A DNA stretch of 64,000 bases from Octopus sinensis (taxonomy: Eukaryota). The position numbers and the translations under genes were made by a program. The notes under the pieces are model-generated. The model was given only the letters and a program-made list of their open reading frames with translations, did not search any database and was not told the origin of the DNA. This document shows positions 42,682-56,642 of the stretch, piece after piece (position 1 is the stretch's first letter; every line of letters begins with the position of its first letter). The stretch is taken from positions 17,112,001-17,176,000 of the forward strand of contig NC_043023.1 in assembly GCF_006345805.1 (NCBI RefSeq), in the 5' to 3' direction.

Positions 42682-42947
42682 TATCAATACAATAATAAAT
42701 ATAAATAAATAAATATATACATATATTTTCAAAATGTAACCACATGTGAATCGTTGGCGATTTTCTTCCTCCGTCTTCCTTTCTATTGGAGATTCCTCTG
42801 TTCTGAAGAAGGAAGAGCGTTGCTCGAAACATTAAACTTCTTCCTTCTCTTCTCTCCCTGAGCGTCTACTAATACTTTATATGTACCACGTCCTCGCCTT
42901 GTTTCTTTTGTATTTTTTGTGTCTGTTCATCTTTTTGGGATTCACTA

Positions 42948-42983
<36 letters not shown>

Positions 42984-44537
42984 TGTATGTTTATGTATGT
43001 ATGTATGTATGTATGTATATATCACGAGGTGATATTGATAAAATAAAAGTGAATTCAATAGTGTAAGTTTTAGGGTTTTTTTTTGTTATTTTTGTTTTAT
43101 TTTTCATCTACATTTACTGTTTATTTGAATGTTTTGGCATATCTACTCCAAGTTTGGGGACCGTCATTTTCTTTTAGTGCCTTTTTATTTAACACACTCA
43201 TTGGTAAAATTTCCACTTATTCCTTATTTTTATTTTCCTAATATTTTCGTTTCGTCTTGCAACCTTTTCAATAGTCTTGACTCTGTCCGTTATTTACACT
43301 GCGTTCCCTTTTGTTTGTTTATGCGCATGTGTGGAAGTCATTGTGTGTGTGTGTGGGTCAGTGTGTTTGTGTTTGTGTATGTGGGTCAGTGTGTGTGTGT
43401 GCCTATACATGCATGGATGTATGTATAAACAGACAAATATGGAGACACGGATCCACACATATAAAGATGCACATCCATACATACAAACATGGTACATAGT
43501 TGCATAACACACACACACACAGACATGCACACACAAGGAGACAGAGGTGCATACATATACAAACACACGCTTACACACACACATACATAGGAAATACACA
43601 AACACGGACATGCAAGCACATAAATATGCAGGATACATACATACAGATACACACACATACATATATACATATGCATACACAAACATACATACATACACAT
43701 TCAAACACACACATACATACATACATATATACATACATACATATATACATACGTACATATATATAGACATACGTACATACATACATATATACATACATAC
43801 ATATATGCATACATACATATATACATATTCATACATACATACACACACTGCGCCACACATGAGCACAAACAAACAAAAGGGAACGCAGTGTAAATAACGG
43901 ACAGAGTCAAGACTATTGAAAAGGTTGCAAGACGAAACGAAAATTTTAGGAAAATAAAAAATAAGAAATAAGTGGAAATTTTACCAGTGATTGTGTTATA
44001 AGGCACAAAAAGAAAATCACACTCCCCAGACACAACAGAATATGCTTCAACACACGAAATCATATAAAGAATCTTGCAAACCAAATCCCAAAACAAAATA
44101 CTCCAAGTTTGTTTCTGCAGAAATTTTAGAAAAATCTTGCTTGTGTCTTTCACTTTTTTCGTAATTTATTGCCTTCACAGTGTTTACCGTTTTAAAAGAT
44201 TAAATTAGAAAATTGGACAAAAAAGAAAACACAAATGAAAATATTGAAAATAGAAAAGAGAGAAGAAAGAAGAGAAAAAACAATAAAATTCACCACTTTA
44301 GGCTATTAGGGCACGCCAGTATGCTTGCCGCGTTGCCATGGGTGATGGCGAGGCTGAGGCACTGGAACAGCCAAACGCCGTCATGAGCCTCAACAGTTGT
44401 GTCTGCTGGGCGAATTGCTAGGGAGTTGCCAGTGAAGACAGGAAACTCGCAGTTGGTGGTCCGACTCCACCAAAGGTCTGGAATGCCACCGGATGGGAGA
44501 ATGTAGATGGCCGACTGATCGCCATATATATATATAT

Positions 44538-44600
<63 letters not shown>

Positions 44601-44775
44601 TAATATATATATGTATATATATGTATATATATTATATATATGTTTTGTTGTCCCTTTTTTGTATCACCAAGTTGTCCGGATGTTTTGCGTTCTGGTCCCA
44701 TTTTGTATTTTATTATATATATGTATATATATGTATATATATATATTATATATAATATATATATATATAATATAG

Positions 44776-44810
<35 letters not shown>

Positions 44811-44832
44811 ATGTGTATATTTTGTATAGATA

Positions 44833-44884
<52 letters not shown>

Positions 44885-44949
44885 GTATGTATATATGTGT
44901 GGTGTTTTGGTGACTAAAAACAATCTACATCGTTTCAGTTTTGTCATCC

Positions 44950-45660
44950 ATTAAAGCTATACTTACTCCAACACTGGAGGGAACTGGGATTGTCTGCTCC
45001 TGAGGAGGTGGAGGACAGACGAAGTGAGAGAGTTTTCGACGACATAATTTCGAAGGCCACCTTCGACTCCTCTTCATCCAGTCGGACCAGTTTTAGATGC
45101 TGCTTACTGTCTGCTAGCGCCAAATACTCGGATGACTGGATTGATGCCATCCTTGTGGCTAATGTTGGTGGCCTACTTATCTTGGACAAACGTCGTGTCT
45201 CCATTGCTCTCATATTGGGAGTTGACGTATGCACGGGTTTGGTCTGTCGTAGTGGCAGGCTCCTCGACTCCACGGGCTTCCATGGTTTTTCTTTCCACCT
45301 GAATCTTGGAACCATCTGGATTGTTCAGATGTGATAGGAAAAGACCTGACAGCCTCACCGAAGTGCCCGTAATCGCGAGACAGATTCCTTGTCTGGATGT
45401 CACAGTTAGCGACTCCTTTGTTTCTCTTCACATCCTGGATGGTGCGGTCAGGGCGAGTTCTACAGCTTCTGCGGCCAATCGGAACAAAATCATGAAATAG
45501 CGCTATCAGTCGGCCCATTTTCCATCCGCTGGCATTCCAGACGTTTGGTGGAGTCGGACCACTAACTGCGAGTTTCCTGTCTTCAATGGCAACTCACTAG
45601 CAATTCGCGTACATTTTTCACACATCTGGATTTTATTAATTATTACCAATGTCTTAAAAT
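44950..45660 (+). mobile_element. CRE-like non-LTR fragment, inverted paralog of 37140-37880
   Basis: ORF pieces 44990-45334 and 45306-45500 (KRPDSLT...LDVTVSD). Confidence 0.75.
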
Positions 45661-45797
45661 TTTAAAATAATACCTTCCTATATGTCCAGTTTCAGGTAAG
45701 GTTCCACTTCTATACTTGCACAGACACCCACCCCTCTCCCTTATTAATTCCCTCCTCATTCAACTGCTTTTAATCCAGTTCCAAGCACTTGGCCGTT

Positions 45798-45835
<38 letters not shown>

Positions 45836-45994
45836 TTATTCTTCTTTCTAACTGCTGTAAGCTTTTCCTTTCCTTCTGATGAAGGACTCACCTCTGAAAT
45901 CTTGAGTTTTTCTCTTCTATTGAACGCAGTCCTGTCTATGATGTCCTTTATTATTATTCAAAGCATTTACATTATACATCAATTTCTGTCTGTC

Positions 45995-46800
<806 letters not shown>

Positions 46801-46934
46801 ATTAATAGAGAGATACTGAGATGACCAGGGTTTCGAAAGGTATTATACCTGAAAAGAAAAAAAACAATGAAGAAAAAAATTATTTAGAAAATAATGAGGT
46901 TAATTCTAAATTTCTCGATGATCATGATATATAT

Positions 46935-46989
<55 letters not shown>

Positions 46990-47139
46990 AGGTATATGTG
47001 TATATATATATAATATATATTATATATATATATATTGTACAGTTACTCCAAACATGAACAAAGAGAAAACACAACAATGCGAGGACGTGGAACAAGTATA
47101 GTGTTATTATATCTATATATACTGTAAATATATATACTG

Positions 47140-47194
<55 letters not shown>

Positions 47195-47549
47195 TATATA
47201 TATATAAAATTGAGGGAGATAAATTAATATTAATTTTAATTTTAATATCAATTTAAAACCAGTAGTCCAGCATTCAAAAAATCTGAGGAGTCAGAGAAAA
47301 TTCAAATATATGTGTATATTGGCAGGGCTGGCCTGCTAGGTAGCCGGCCAGAATGCTAAATTCTTCCTCTAGAGAGAATTTACCTAATATATATATATAT
47401 ATATCTATATATATATATATATATCTATATATATTATATTATTATATATATATATTTATATTGACCTATTGAATGTATGTCACAATTATGAACTATTACA
47501 TCATACTCTTTAAACATATAGAATGGACTCTATTATATATAAAAAAAGA

Positions 47550-47596
47550 AATTTTTGATAAGGTTCGTTATTTCAAGAACCGAAATATGTTAAATT
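47550..47596 (+). ncRNA. Hammerhead motif in the 5' pLTR (U3-A8 covariant)
   Basis: AATTT-TTGATAA-GGTTC..GAACC-GAAA-TATGT-T/AAATT. Confidence 0.6.
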
Positions 47597-48223
47597 AAAA
47601 TTTGTCTAATATAGCGGCATTTTCAAACTTCATTTTTTACAAATATATACCCACTCGTATACGAGCTAATCATATTATAAATATCATATCACGTTCGAGC
47701 TCCCGAAAATGCCTACTAAAATAACACCAACGACATCTCCTCAATAAATGAAGCGATACTGAAAGAATTGAAAAGCATAAATTCAAATCTAACAGCAGTG
47801 TTAAACAAACTCAACTCAACATCTCGACCTTCTACACAAACTAACGAGGAAACCGAATCGAATAAAACACCCTCTGAAATATACGAGAAAGTTGAAAATC
47901 TATGCGATACAATGAAGACATTCTTCACAAACTTTACGAAACAAGAGCAACAAAAAGAAGGACCACATAAGAAGAACCGAATAACTTCAACATTACAAAT
48001 AAAGAACCAAGTCCTCCCCCAATGGAGAATACTACAGCGAAACAGAAAATTCGCTTTTTGGAAAATGATACAAATCAGAATAAAGCAGAGATTTACCAAA
48101 AGTGGCTTGACTCAACACCCTAATCATACCCCAGCATTTACAAATAACCCCATCTTGGAAGAACCAGAAGAACAAAGAAGACTTAGAGAAAAAATGTCAT
48201 TAGAAAAAATGAAGATGGAAATA

Positions 48224-49520
48224 CGAGGGGCGTTCAATAAGTAATGCCCCTGACCCAATTCCCATAGCAGTAGAGCAACGAAACTTGGCACAGTTATTAG
48301 TCTTTTTCTACATAGGAACCACTCAGAGTTACACATTTCTCCCATCGTTTTGATGGCAACATCTGGAGAGACCGTTTTTTGTAGAAGACCCCAGCTTGGT
48401 CCTCCAACCACGACGTGACTTCAGAAATCAAGCTGCATCATCTGGGAAACGCTTTCCTTTCAAAAAACAACTTCATGGCTGGCAAGAGGTGAAAATCAGA
48501 GGGTGCAAGGTCAGAAGAGTAGGGGGATAGGGGAGGAGTTAATAGCTGCACGCCTGTGCTTCTGATCTGGCAACACGCGAGTTGTAGACCGGAGCGTTGT
48601 CCTGCAGGAGGAGGATGCCTCTGCTGATCTTGCCCCGCCTCTTGATTTTGATAGCTTCTCTTAATTTCCTCAAAAGTGAAGCATAATAGGCTCTTGTAAT
48701 TGTGGTACCCTTTGCCAGGAAATCTGTCATCACTACTCCGTCCTGGCCCCAGAAGACTGTGAGCATGACCTTGCCAGCGGAGGGCTGCACCCTTGCTTTC
48801 TTTGGAGGAGGTGAGTCACGGTGCTTCCACTGCATTGACTGGGCTTTGGTGTCGGATCATAGTGATGGACCCAGGTTTCGTCCTGTGTAATCAGTCTTTT
48901 GAAAAATTTTGACTCATCTTCTTGGCACATCTCCAAATTCATCCTCGAGCACTCGACACGTTCTTGCTTCTGGAAAGGTGTGAGCAACATGGGAATCCAT
49001 CTGGCAGACACCTTTTGCATATGCAAATGGTCATGAATGATACTTTCCACAGACCCGGTACTAAACTTGACCTCATGGGCTATTTGGCGAATAGTTATGC
49101 GTCGATCTTCCAAAATGACAGCCTCAACTTGATGGACAGATGCCTCATCAATGGCAGAAGGGGTGCGACCAGATCTGGGAGCTGTTTCCGCAGAGTTCCA
49201 ACCATGTTTGAATTCACGATGCCAGCGTTTTACAAGGTCATATGATGGGGCATCATCACCATAAGTTACTTTCATTTCATCAAAAGTCTCCTGTGGTGTG
49301 CGTCCTTTCAAATACAAAAACCGGATAACTGCTCGACACTCAACAGGCTCCATTTCAGACTTGACTCATTTCAAACACCTGTATTTCAGTAACCACAATT
49401 AGTTCAGAGCTGTAATTTGCCACTTAATCTATAGAGATATAAATAATTGCACATGTAAATTTTCAGCTAGATCAAACAACTGCAAGTGGGTCAGAGGCAT
49501 TACTTATTGAACGCCCCTCG
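48224..49520 (-). mobile_element. Mariner (D,D34D) transposon, 1297 bp, transposase disrupted
   Basis: TIRs cgaggggcgttcaataagtaatgcc.ctgaccca; TA target duplications at 48222-3 and 49521-2; TQDETWVHHY, LLQDNAPVY, SSDLAPSDF; frameshift and stops. Confidence 0.95.
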
Positions 49521-49792
49521 TAGAACTACTTAAGCTGAGAGCTAAGACGAATGAAGAAAAAGTAAAAACCATAGATGAGGAAATCAACGAAGAAGTCATC
49601 AAACTAATAGACGACATCAATACTGAAACATTACTAGCACTATAGAATGAAGAATGTGAAAAAGAGGAACTTAAGTCCCTCCAACGATGGGAAAAGAGCG
49701 CCATCTGGTTCTTGGATTATGAAACCAACTTCAAAAATGAACACATATCCAACAACCCCTTCATAAAATTAAGTAAAACAAAACAAAATACC

Positions 49793-50060
49793 AACAGAAC
49801 GGAACAACCACCAAGAAATCCTAACACACTCTACACCAGAAAAATACACTAAAACACCACCCCACACTACCTACACCAACCCCAAAACACCTACAGAGGT
49901 CCACCACACCATTCGAGAATAGATATACCAACAGAACAGAACAACCACCAAGAATCCAAAACACTCTACACAGAAAAATACATTTAAACGCACCCCACAC
50001 TACCTACACCAACCCCAAAAACACTTACAGGGGCCCACCACACCATTTCACGAACCAAGG
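49793..50060 (+). repeat. 2 x ~135-bp tandem inside the Penelope N-terminal region
   Basis: aacagaac.gaacaaccaccaagaa...ccaccacaccatt occurs twice. Confidence 0.75.
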
Positions 50061-52883
50061 GCTACACATACAATTCTATGAAATACAATCCACATAACCA
50101 AACTAAAACTCTACCACCAAACATCCACCTAGGAACCACATACATACAAACCTAACAAACAACAAATGCACTACGGAAGAAACAACCCACAACACAATAT
50201 ACCTGATGAACTAAGACAGAAACACTAGGTACAACAGCACACCTCAGAACAGAGCACCACAAACTCACTCTAACAATTATAACAGCATGAGACAGATAAA
50301 CAGTAGTTTTGAACATAACTACACCAACCATTTTTTAGACCTTACACACAGGAAAGGGACACACGATGGCAAAGGACAAACAAAAGAAACCTCAGGTAAT
50401 TAAGATAATCAATCTCTCAAACAAAGAACTTACACCTAACGAAAAGTACTCTCCAAAGGATAAATTTACACCAACCCCACAACGTTCTAATTACTATGAA
50501 ATGAAAGATGATATTCGGAATTTTGCAGGAAACTAAGACTTACCGAGGAATTTCATGGCAAACAAATAAATGAGGATTCAATAGCTAGAAACAAGAGCAA
50601 TTACACCCCCACCAAGGGAAAGAATAAAGCCTTAGACCGCTATTGTGACTACATAACTAATTTCCGTTCAATTCACCAAGAAACAAAAACACAGCCTAAC
50701 TTTAACAAAAGAGAATGGAACGACCTCATCAAACTAAGAGGAGAACAAAGCAATAACAATAAGGAGGCAGACAAGGGCAACGCGATAGTAGTAATGATAC
50801 AAACGATTATAAAAATTTAGTACTATCCCTATTAAGAGATGAAACGTATTATGAAAGGGCCCAACAGTATAATCAGCAAAAAATAATGTATAACCTTAGG
50901 ACATTAATCAACACATACCGAGAAGGACTCACGGACAAGGAGTATGAATACATCACTAACTTCAAATGCAATCGAGTTTGTTTCTATGGTATCCCTAAAG
51001 TACACAAAAGCCAAATAATTAGAGAAACATGCAAAACATCTACCGATATACTCATCAAAATCCCTTCACCAAATGATCTTAAACTTAGACCGATAATAGC
51101 AGGGCAAGCATGTGAGACTCACCGCCTCAGCAATTTCTTAGACACACTTCTTAAACTTTCCTAAAACACATCAAAAGCTACGTAAGAGACTATATAGACA
51201 TGCTCAACCACCTCCCTAAAACAGTCAATGAGAAAACCCTTCTAGTATCATTCGACGTAGTTAACCTTTATTCAACATCCCTCACAACCTAGGAATAGAA
51301 GCGATCACCTTCTGGCTGAATAACTACTCCTTTGAACTCCCAACTCGCATAAACAAAGACTTATAATAGAAGGACTTAGATTTATTTTAGAAAACAATTA
51401 CTTTATTTTGACAATAATTTCTACAGACAAAGATCGGGAACAGCGATGGGCACGCGTACTGCACCTTCTTTTGCCAACCTAGTGATGGGATACCTCGAGA
51501 AAATACTCTACCAGATAACACTCGAGAAATATGGAAAACCTTCTCCACCTATATCCAGAACAACTGGAAAAGAAACCTCGACGACTGTTTATATCTGGGA
51601 TAAAAGTATAGAGAAACTTGAGGAATTTAAAATACTATTAAATGGAATAAATGATAATATTACAATTCACGATGGATCATAACGAAGAAGAATGACCATT
51701 TTTAGACATCCTCATTAAGAAAACCGGCAACAAAATAGAGACAGATATCTACTATAAACCGACAGACTCCAAACAGTACCTACCCTTTGATTCATGCCAC
51801 CCACGACACACTAGAATAAATGTCCCTTTTTGTTTAGCTAGAAGGATTTGCACCATAATATCAGACACAAACACCCGACACACACGTCTCCAGGAACTTA
51901 GAACCACACTCACAAATAGAAACTATCCACAGCCCCTAATAGACAGTGCAATCCAAAGGGCACTTAAATTAAGTATAGAAGACCTGAGACAAACAAAACC
52001 AAAAAAGAAAGAACAATTAAAAACCCTTCCCTGCATCTCTACACACAACCCACTCAACAATGAGGCCTTCAGCACCATACTACAAAGCACAGCCCTGCTA
52101 AAGGGAGACCCAAAGATGAACCGGATCCTCGAAACACACCATCATTAAAAGTAAACGGCAACCAAAATCCTTGAAAAGGATTTTAACCCAAGCTAAACTG
52201 CACTCGACATCAACCACAAAACCAGCAGTTAGAAAATGTGGAAGGCCCAACTGCGGAATCTGTGTCATCTTGGTAGAAGGTTCAGAATTTATACTAGAAC
52301 AAGGCCATCAGTTCACCATTAGAGCAAACTTCACCTGTGCATCAGAAAACTTAATTTACGTCTTAACATGCGCAGGCTGCAATAGGCAGTATATAGGCCA
52401 TACAAAAAATAGCTTACGTAACAGGATGGCGGTGCATAAATCACAAATTAGAAACCCTGAATACCGGAAAATACCGGTCAGCGGACACATAGATAGATGT
52501 GCTGCAAATGTAAATCCGAAATTTACAACTTACCCACTTTATAAATTCAGTGACAGCGTAACCTTCACGCAACGCCAAAATAAAGAACTTTATTTCATCA
52601 AAAACTTTAGACCAAGTTTGAACACCCTGGGCCAGGAATATTAAAACAAAACATTGGTCCTCCGAAAAAGAAAAACGAAATTCTACCACAACCACCACGA
52701 CTGCCCCAACTCGCACTACTACTACAACCACCGTGGTAACTGTTGCTACGGCCACAGTGAGAGAATTATAATAATGGAGGTGGGGTGAATTACAATTTCT
52801 CAGATCCTTAAACAGTCACTCACGCTGACAGTGATATGTCTTAGGGAAGGAAAAATTTATAAAAAGATTTCTTTCTCTGCGAG

Positions 52884-53186
52884 CAGATCTAATTCTGATT
52901 CGTCAAAAAATTGATGACGTGTTACCTCAGTGGTCAAGCTATTGTCACTCTGCTTGGTCGGTTTCCTCACACGATACAGCTATGGGTCAGACCCGATTCT
53001 GATTCGTCAAAACATTGATGACGTTTTTCTTCCGTGGTCAAACTACTCGTTCTGCTGGGCTAGCCACCTAACAGGATACAGTCATGGGTCAGATCTAATT
53101 TCGATTCGTCAAAAAATTGATGACGTGTTTTTTCCGTGGCCAAACTTGTCGTTTCGCTTGGTTGGTTTCCTAACAGGATACAGTTA
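52884..53186 (+). repeat. 3 x ~103-bp tandem in the Penelope 3' region
   Basis: Units start at 52884, 52988 and 53090; conserved gattcgtcaaaa(a/c)attgatgacgt. Confidence 0.85.
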
Positions 53187-53509
53187 GGAGTCTTTTCACT
53201 ATATTCGTTGAGGCTGGTTTTGATTGGTTTGGAACTATATGACGTCAGTGAACAGTGCAAGTGACCACAGCTTAGCTGATATAAATCCAACAATCACAAA
53301 ATTTACCAAAATTATGCCAGCAGACACCAACAAAAATCATTACTGTTGCTCCCATTGGAACACAAGGTAAAATCTATAATGAACTCCTCGTCTTTTCAAG
53401 AACATGAATTTTTTATATTTGACTCTATTGAATGTATGTCACAATTATGAACTATTACATCATACTCTTTAAACATATAGCATGGACTCTCTTTATTATA
53501 TATATAAAA

Positions 53510-53556
53510 ATTTTTTGATAAGGTTCGTTATTTCAAGAACCGAAACATGTTAAATT
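53510..53556 (+). ncRNA. Hammerhead motif in the 3' pLTR (U3-A8 covariant)
   Basis: TTGATAA-GGTTC..GAACC-GAAA-CATGT-T; palindromic ACATGT stem III. Confidence 0.65.
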
Positions 53557-53803
53557 AAAATTTGTCTAATATAGCGGCATTTTCAAACTTCATTTTTTAC
53601 AAATATATATATATAAACAAATAAACAGATCAACATACAGACGGATAGGTTCATAGGTTATAAGAACAGACAAGCACACAAAGGCAAATGGAGACTGAAT
53701 GACATGAAACACACACTTTACTTCACACAAGGACACATATGGAGACACGGGTCCACACATATAAAGAGGCATATCCATACATACAAACATGGTACATAGT
53801 TGC

Positions 53804-53836
<33 letters not shown>

Positions 53837-54674
53837 GGAGACAGGTGCATAAATATACAAACACACGCTCACACACACTCATACATAAAAAATACACAAA
53901 TACGGACATGCAAGCACACGGATATGCAGAATTCATACGTACAGATGCAGACACATACATACGTATATGCATACACACACATATATACATACATACATGC
54001 ATGCAAACATACATACTTGCATGCATGCATAGGCACAGACACACACACACACACACACACACAAGGAGACAGGTGCATAAATATACAAACACACGCTCAC
54101 ACACACTCATACATAAAAAATACACAAATACGGACATGCAAGCACACGGATATGCAGAATTCATACGTACAGATGCAGACACATACATACGTATATGCAT
54201 ACACACACATATATACATACATACATGCATGCAAACATACATACTTGCATGCAAGCATAGGCACAGACACACACACACACACTGATCCACACACATGCGC
54301 ACAAACAAACAAAAAGGAACACAGTGTAAATAACGGACAGAGTCAAGACCATTGAAAAGGTTGCAAGACGCAACGAAAATTTTTGGAAAATAAAAATAAG
54401 AAATAAGTGGAAATTTGACCGGTGAGCTTGTTAAATTATAAGACACAAAAATAAAATGACTCTCCCCATAATTTCTATAATTCTATTTACCCTAATATTA
54501 TTTATTATGTTTATATATATATATATATATATTTATAGTTATACAAAGAAGTAAATATATGGCACAACGAAGTACCGATATTTACTGGAAATAGCGAACG
54601 TGTGCAACAAACTAGAAAAAATTGTCTTACCTCCAGGGAGAACATCTGAAAGATGAAATACCTGGAAAAGGATA

Positions 54675-54753
54675 ATGTGGGACCTGCGCAGGTTTCAGAT
54701 TTTTCAAGATATGTCTGCACCCATAAACTTGATCTATCTTCATCAGCCAAACA
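54675..54753 (-). ncRNA. Mirror-image hammerhead ribozyme
   Basis: Reverse complement of 55130-55208. Confidence 0.8.
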
Positions 54754-55129
54754 TATACCACGACAACATTTCAGATGTTACCACATTAATGCCATTACAC
54801 TCGACTGAAACGCCGAAACGCTAACAGCACGAGAACGGTGAAGAAGTTTCAATAAATTAGTAATGCAATACTAGAGTATTGCTTTCCAGTAAAGAATAGC
54901 CCGTGAGGGAAAAATATACAAAGAAGTAAATATATGGCACAACGAAGTACCGATATTTACTGGAAAATATTTTTCCTCACGGGCTATTCTTTACTGGAAA
55001 GCAATACTCTAGTATTGCATTACTAATTTATTGAAACTTCTTCACCGTTCTCGTGCTGTTAGCGTTTCGGCGTTTCAGTCGAGTGTAATGGCATTAATGT
55101 GGTAACATCTGAAATGTTGTCGTGGTATA

Positions 55130-55208
55130 TGTTTGGCTGATGAAGATAGATCAAGTTTATGGGTGCAGACATATCTTGAAAAATCTGAAACCTGCGCAGG
55201 TCCCACAT
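55130..55208 (+). ncRNA. Type I hammerhead ribozyme
   Basis: TGG-CTGATGA-AGAT...ATCT-GAAA-CCTGCGCAGG-TC/CCA; palindromic ACCTGCGCAGGT stem III; GUC cut after 55202. Confidence 0.8.
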
Positions 55209-55497
55209 TATCCTTTTCCAGGTATTTCATCTTTCAGATGTTCTCCCTGGAGGTAAGACAATTTTTTCTAGTTTGTTGCACTCACTCATTTTTGCTAGTA
55301 CATACGCGGTGAAGCTATACATTAGCGTCGTATTATTACGTTCGCTATTTCCAGTAAACATCGGTACTTCGTTGTGCCATATATTTACTTCTTTGTATAT
55401 TTTTCCCTCACGGGCTATTCTTTACTGGAAAGCAATACTCTAGTATTGCATTACTAATTTATTTATATTTATATATTATAATAATATTACATATATA

Positions 55498-55557
<60 letters not shown>

Positions 55558-55576
55558 TATATATATATATATATAT

Positions 55577-55618
<42 letters not shown>

Positions 55619-55907
55619 GTGTGTGTGTGTGTGCGTGTGTGTGAGTGTGAGTGGTGTGTGTGTGTGCATGTGTGTATGTTTGTGTGTTTGTCCCCCAATA
55701 TCGCTTGACAACAGATGCTGGCGTGTTTATGTCCCCGTAACTTAGCGGTTCAGTAAAGGAGACCGATAGAATAACTGCTAGGCTTACAAAGAATAACTCC
55801 TGGTGTCGATTTGCTCGACTAAAAGCAGCGCTCCAGCATAGCCACAGTCAAATAACTGAAACAAGCAAAAGAGTAAAAGAGTATATATATACACACACAT
55901 AATACAT

Positions 55908-55972
<65 letters not shown>

Positions 55973-56104
55973 TACACACACACACACACATACATACATC
56001 ACTACAACTCGCACCACAAATACAGAGGCGTCTCCACCAGAACTACCACGACTGCTACCACCAATACTAACAATACTCCTTTTTCAGGAAACGGAGAGAG
56101 AGAG

Positions 56105-56642
56105 AGACAGGTTATTTGCACCTAGAATACCAACAGATGTCCCCTTTCGTTTCAAACGATTGCAATTCCCAGTGAGAGTCAGTTACGCATTGACCCTTAA
56201 CAAGTGCCAAGCTCAAACTCTGCAGCTTGTCGGTCTCCATTGAGAAGAGGGTTGTTTCTCACATAATCAATTATATGTAGGTGGTTCCAGAGTAGAAAAC
56301 CCACAGAAATTCTTTATTATGCTTCAAACAACTAAGTTAAAAGCATTGTGTATACAGAGTGGTTGCATACTGTCAAAATAACGTGACAGTCCCGTAAGGG
56401 AATTACACCACTGCTGTTTAGTCCTTGGAAGCATCGACGCTTCCTGTCGGCTTTGACATATTTCCTGTGTCCTTATATTTGCGAAGGGGAGGCAAGCACC
56501 CCCAACAGCTAGGATTCGCTCCTCCACCGCTCATGTCTCTTTGAGACCTTTAGAAATCCAATATTTCTAATTACGGTGACCAGTGAATAGATTGCACTGT
56601 AAATATAGATATTTGCGACGGTTAGACAGGCATCTCAGCTAG
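56105..56642 (+). mobile_element. Helitron 3' fragment
   Basis: PRIPTDVPFRFKRLQFPVRVSYALTLNKCQAQTLQLVGLH*..CFSHNQLYVGGSRV (Pif1-like helicase motifs); CTAG at 56639-56642. Confidence 0.8.

Larger units (their letters stand above)
47455..53609 (+). mobile_element. Near-full-length degenerate Penelope-like element, Neptune-type, with ~195-bp direct pLTRs
   Basis: pLTRs 47455-47649 and 53412-53609; IKEADKGNAIV, FYGIPKVHK..LRPII, SFDVVNL, GTAMGTRTAPSFANLVMG, PFLDIL; CGRPNCGIC linker; NLIYVLTC..C..QYIGHT GIY-YIG ending PSLN at 52644. Confidence 0.9.
54537..55465. mobile_element. Two inverted, partially tandem copies of a ~430-bp non-coding hammerhead element (retrozyme-like palindrome)
   Basis: Near-perfect inverted repeat 54602-54917 / 54967-55281; direct repeats 54540/54914 and 54971/55399; flanked by (TA)n. 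Confidence 0.85.

Noticed and set aside
47768-48244. Stand-alone 158-aa host gene
   Set aside because: It lies between the pLTR and RT and continues in frame after the mariner, so it is the Penelope N-terminus.
51680-51700. In-frame TGA in the Penelope RT as selenocysteine
   Set aside because: It falls at a usually hydrophobic position (xPFLD), the ORF has many other lesions, and no SECIS was recognised.
55282-55336. ~55-bp segment missing from one retrozyme copy as a spliced intron
   Set aside because: The boundaries cannot be placed on GT-AG in either orientation; treated as a deletion.
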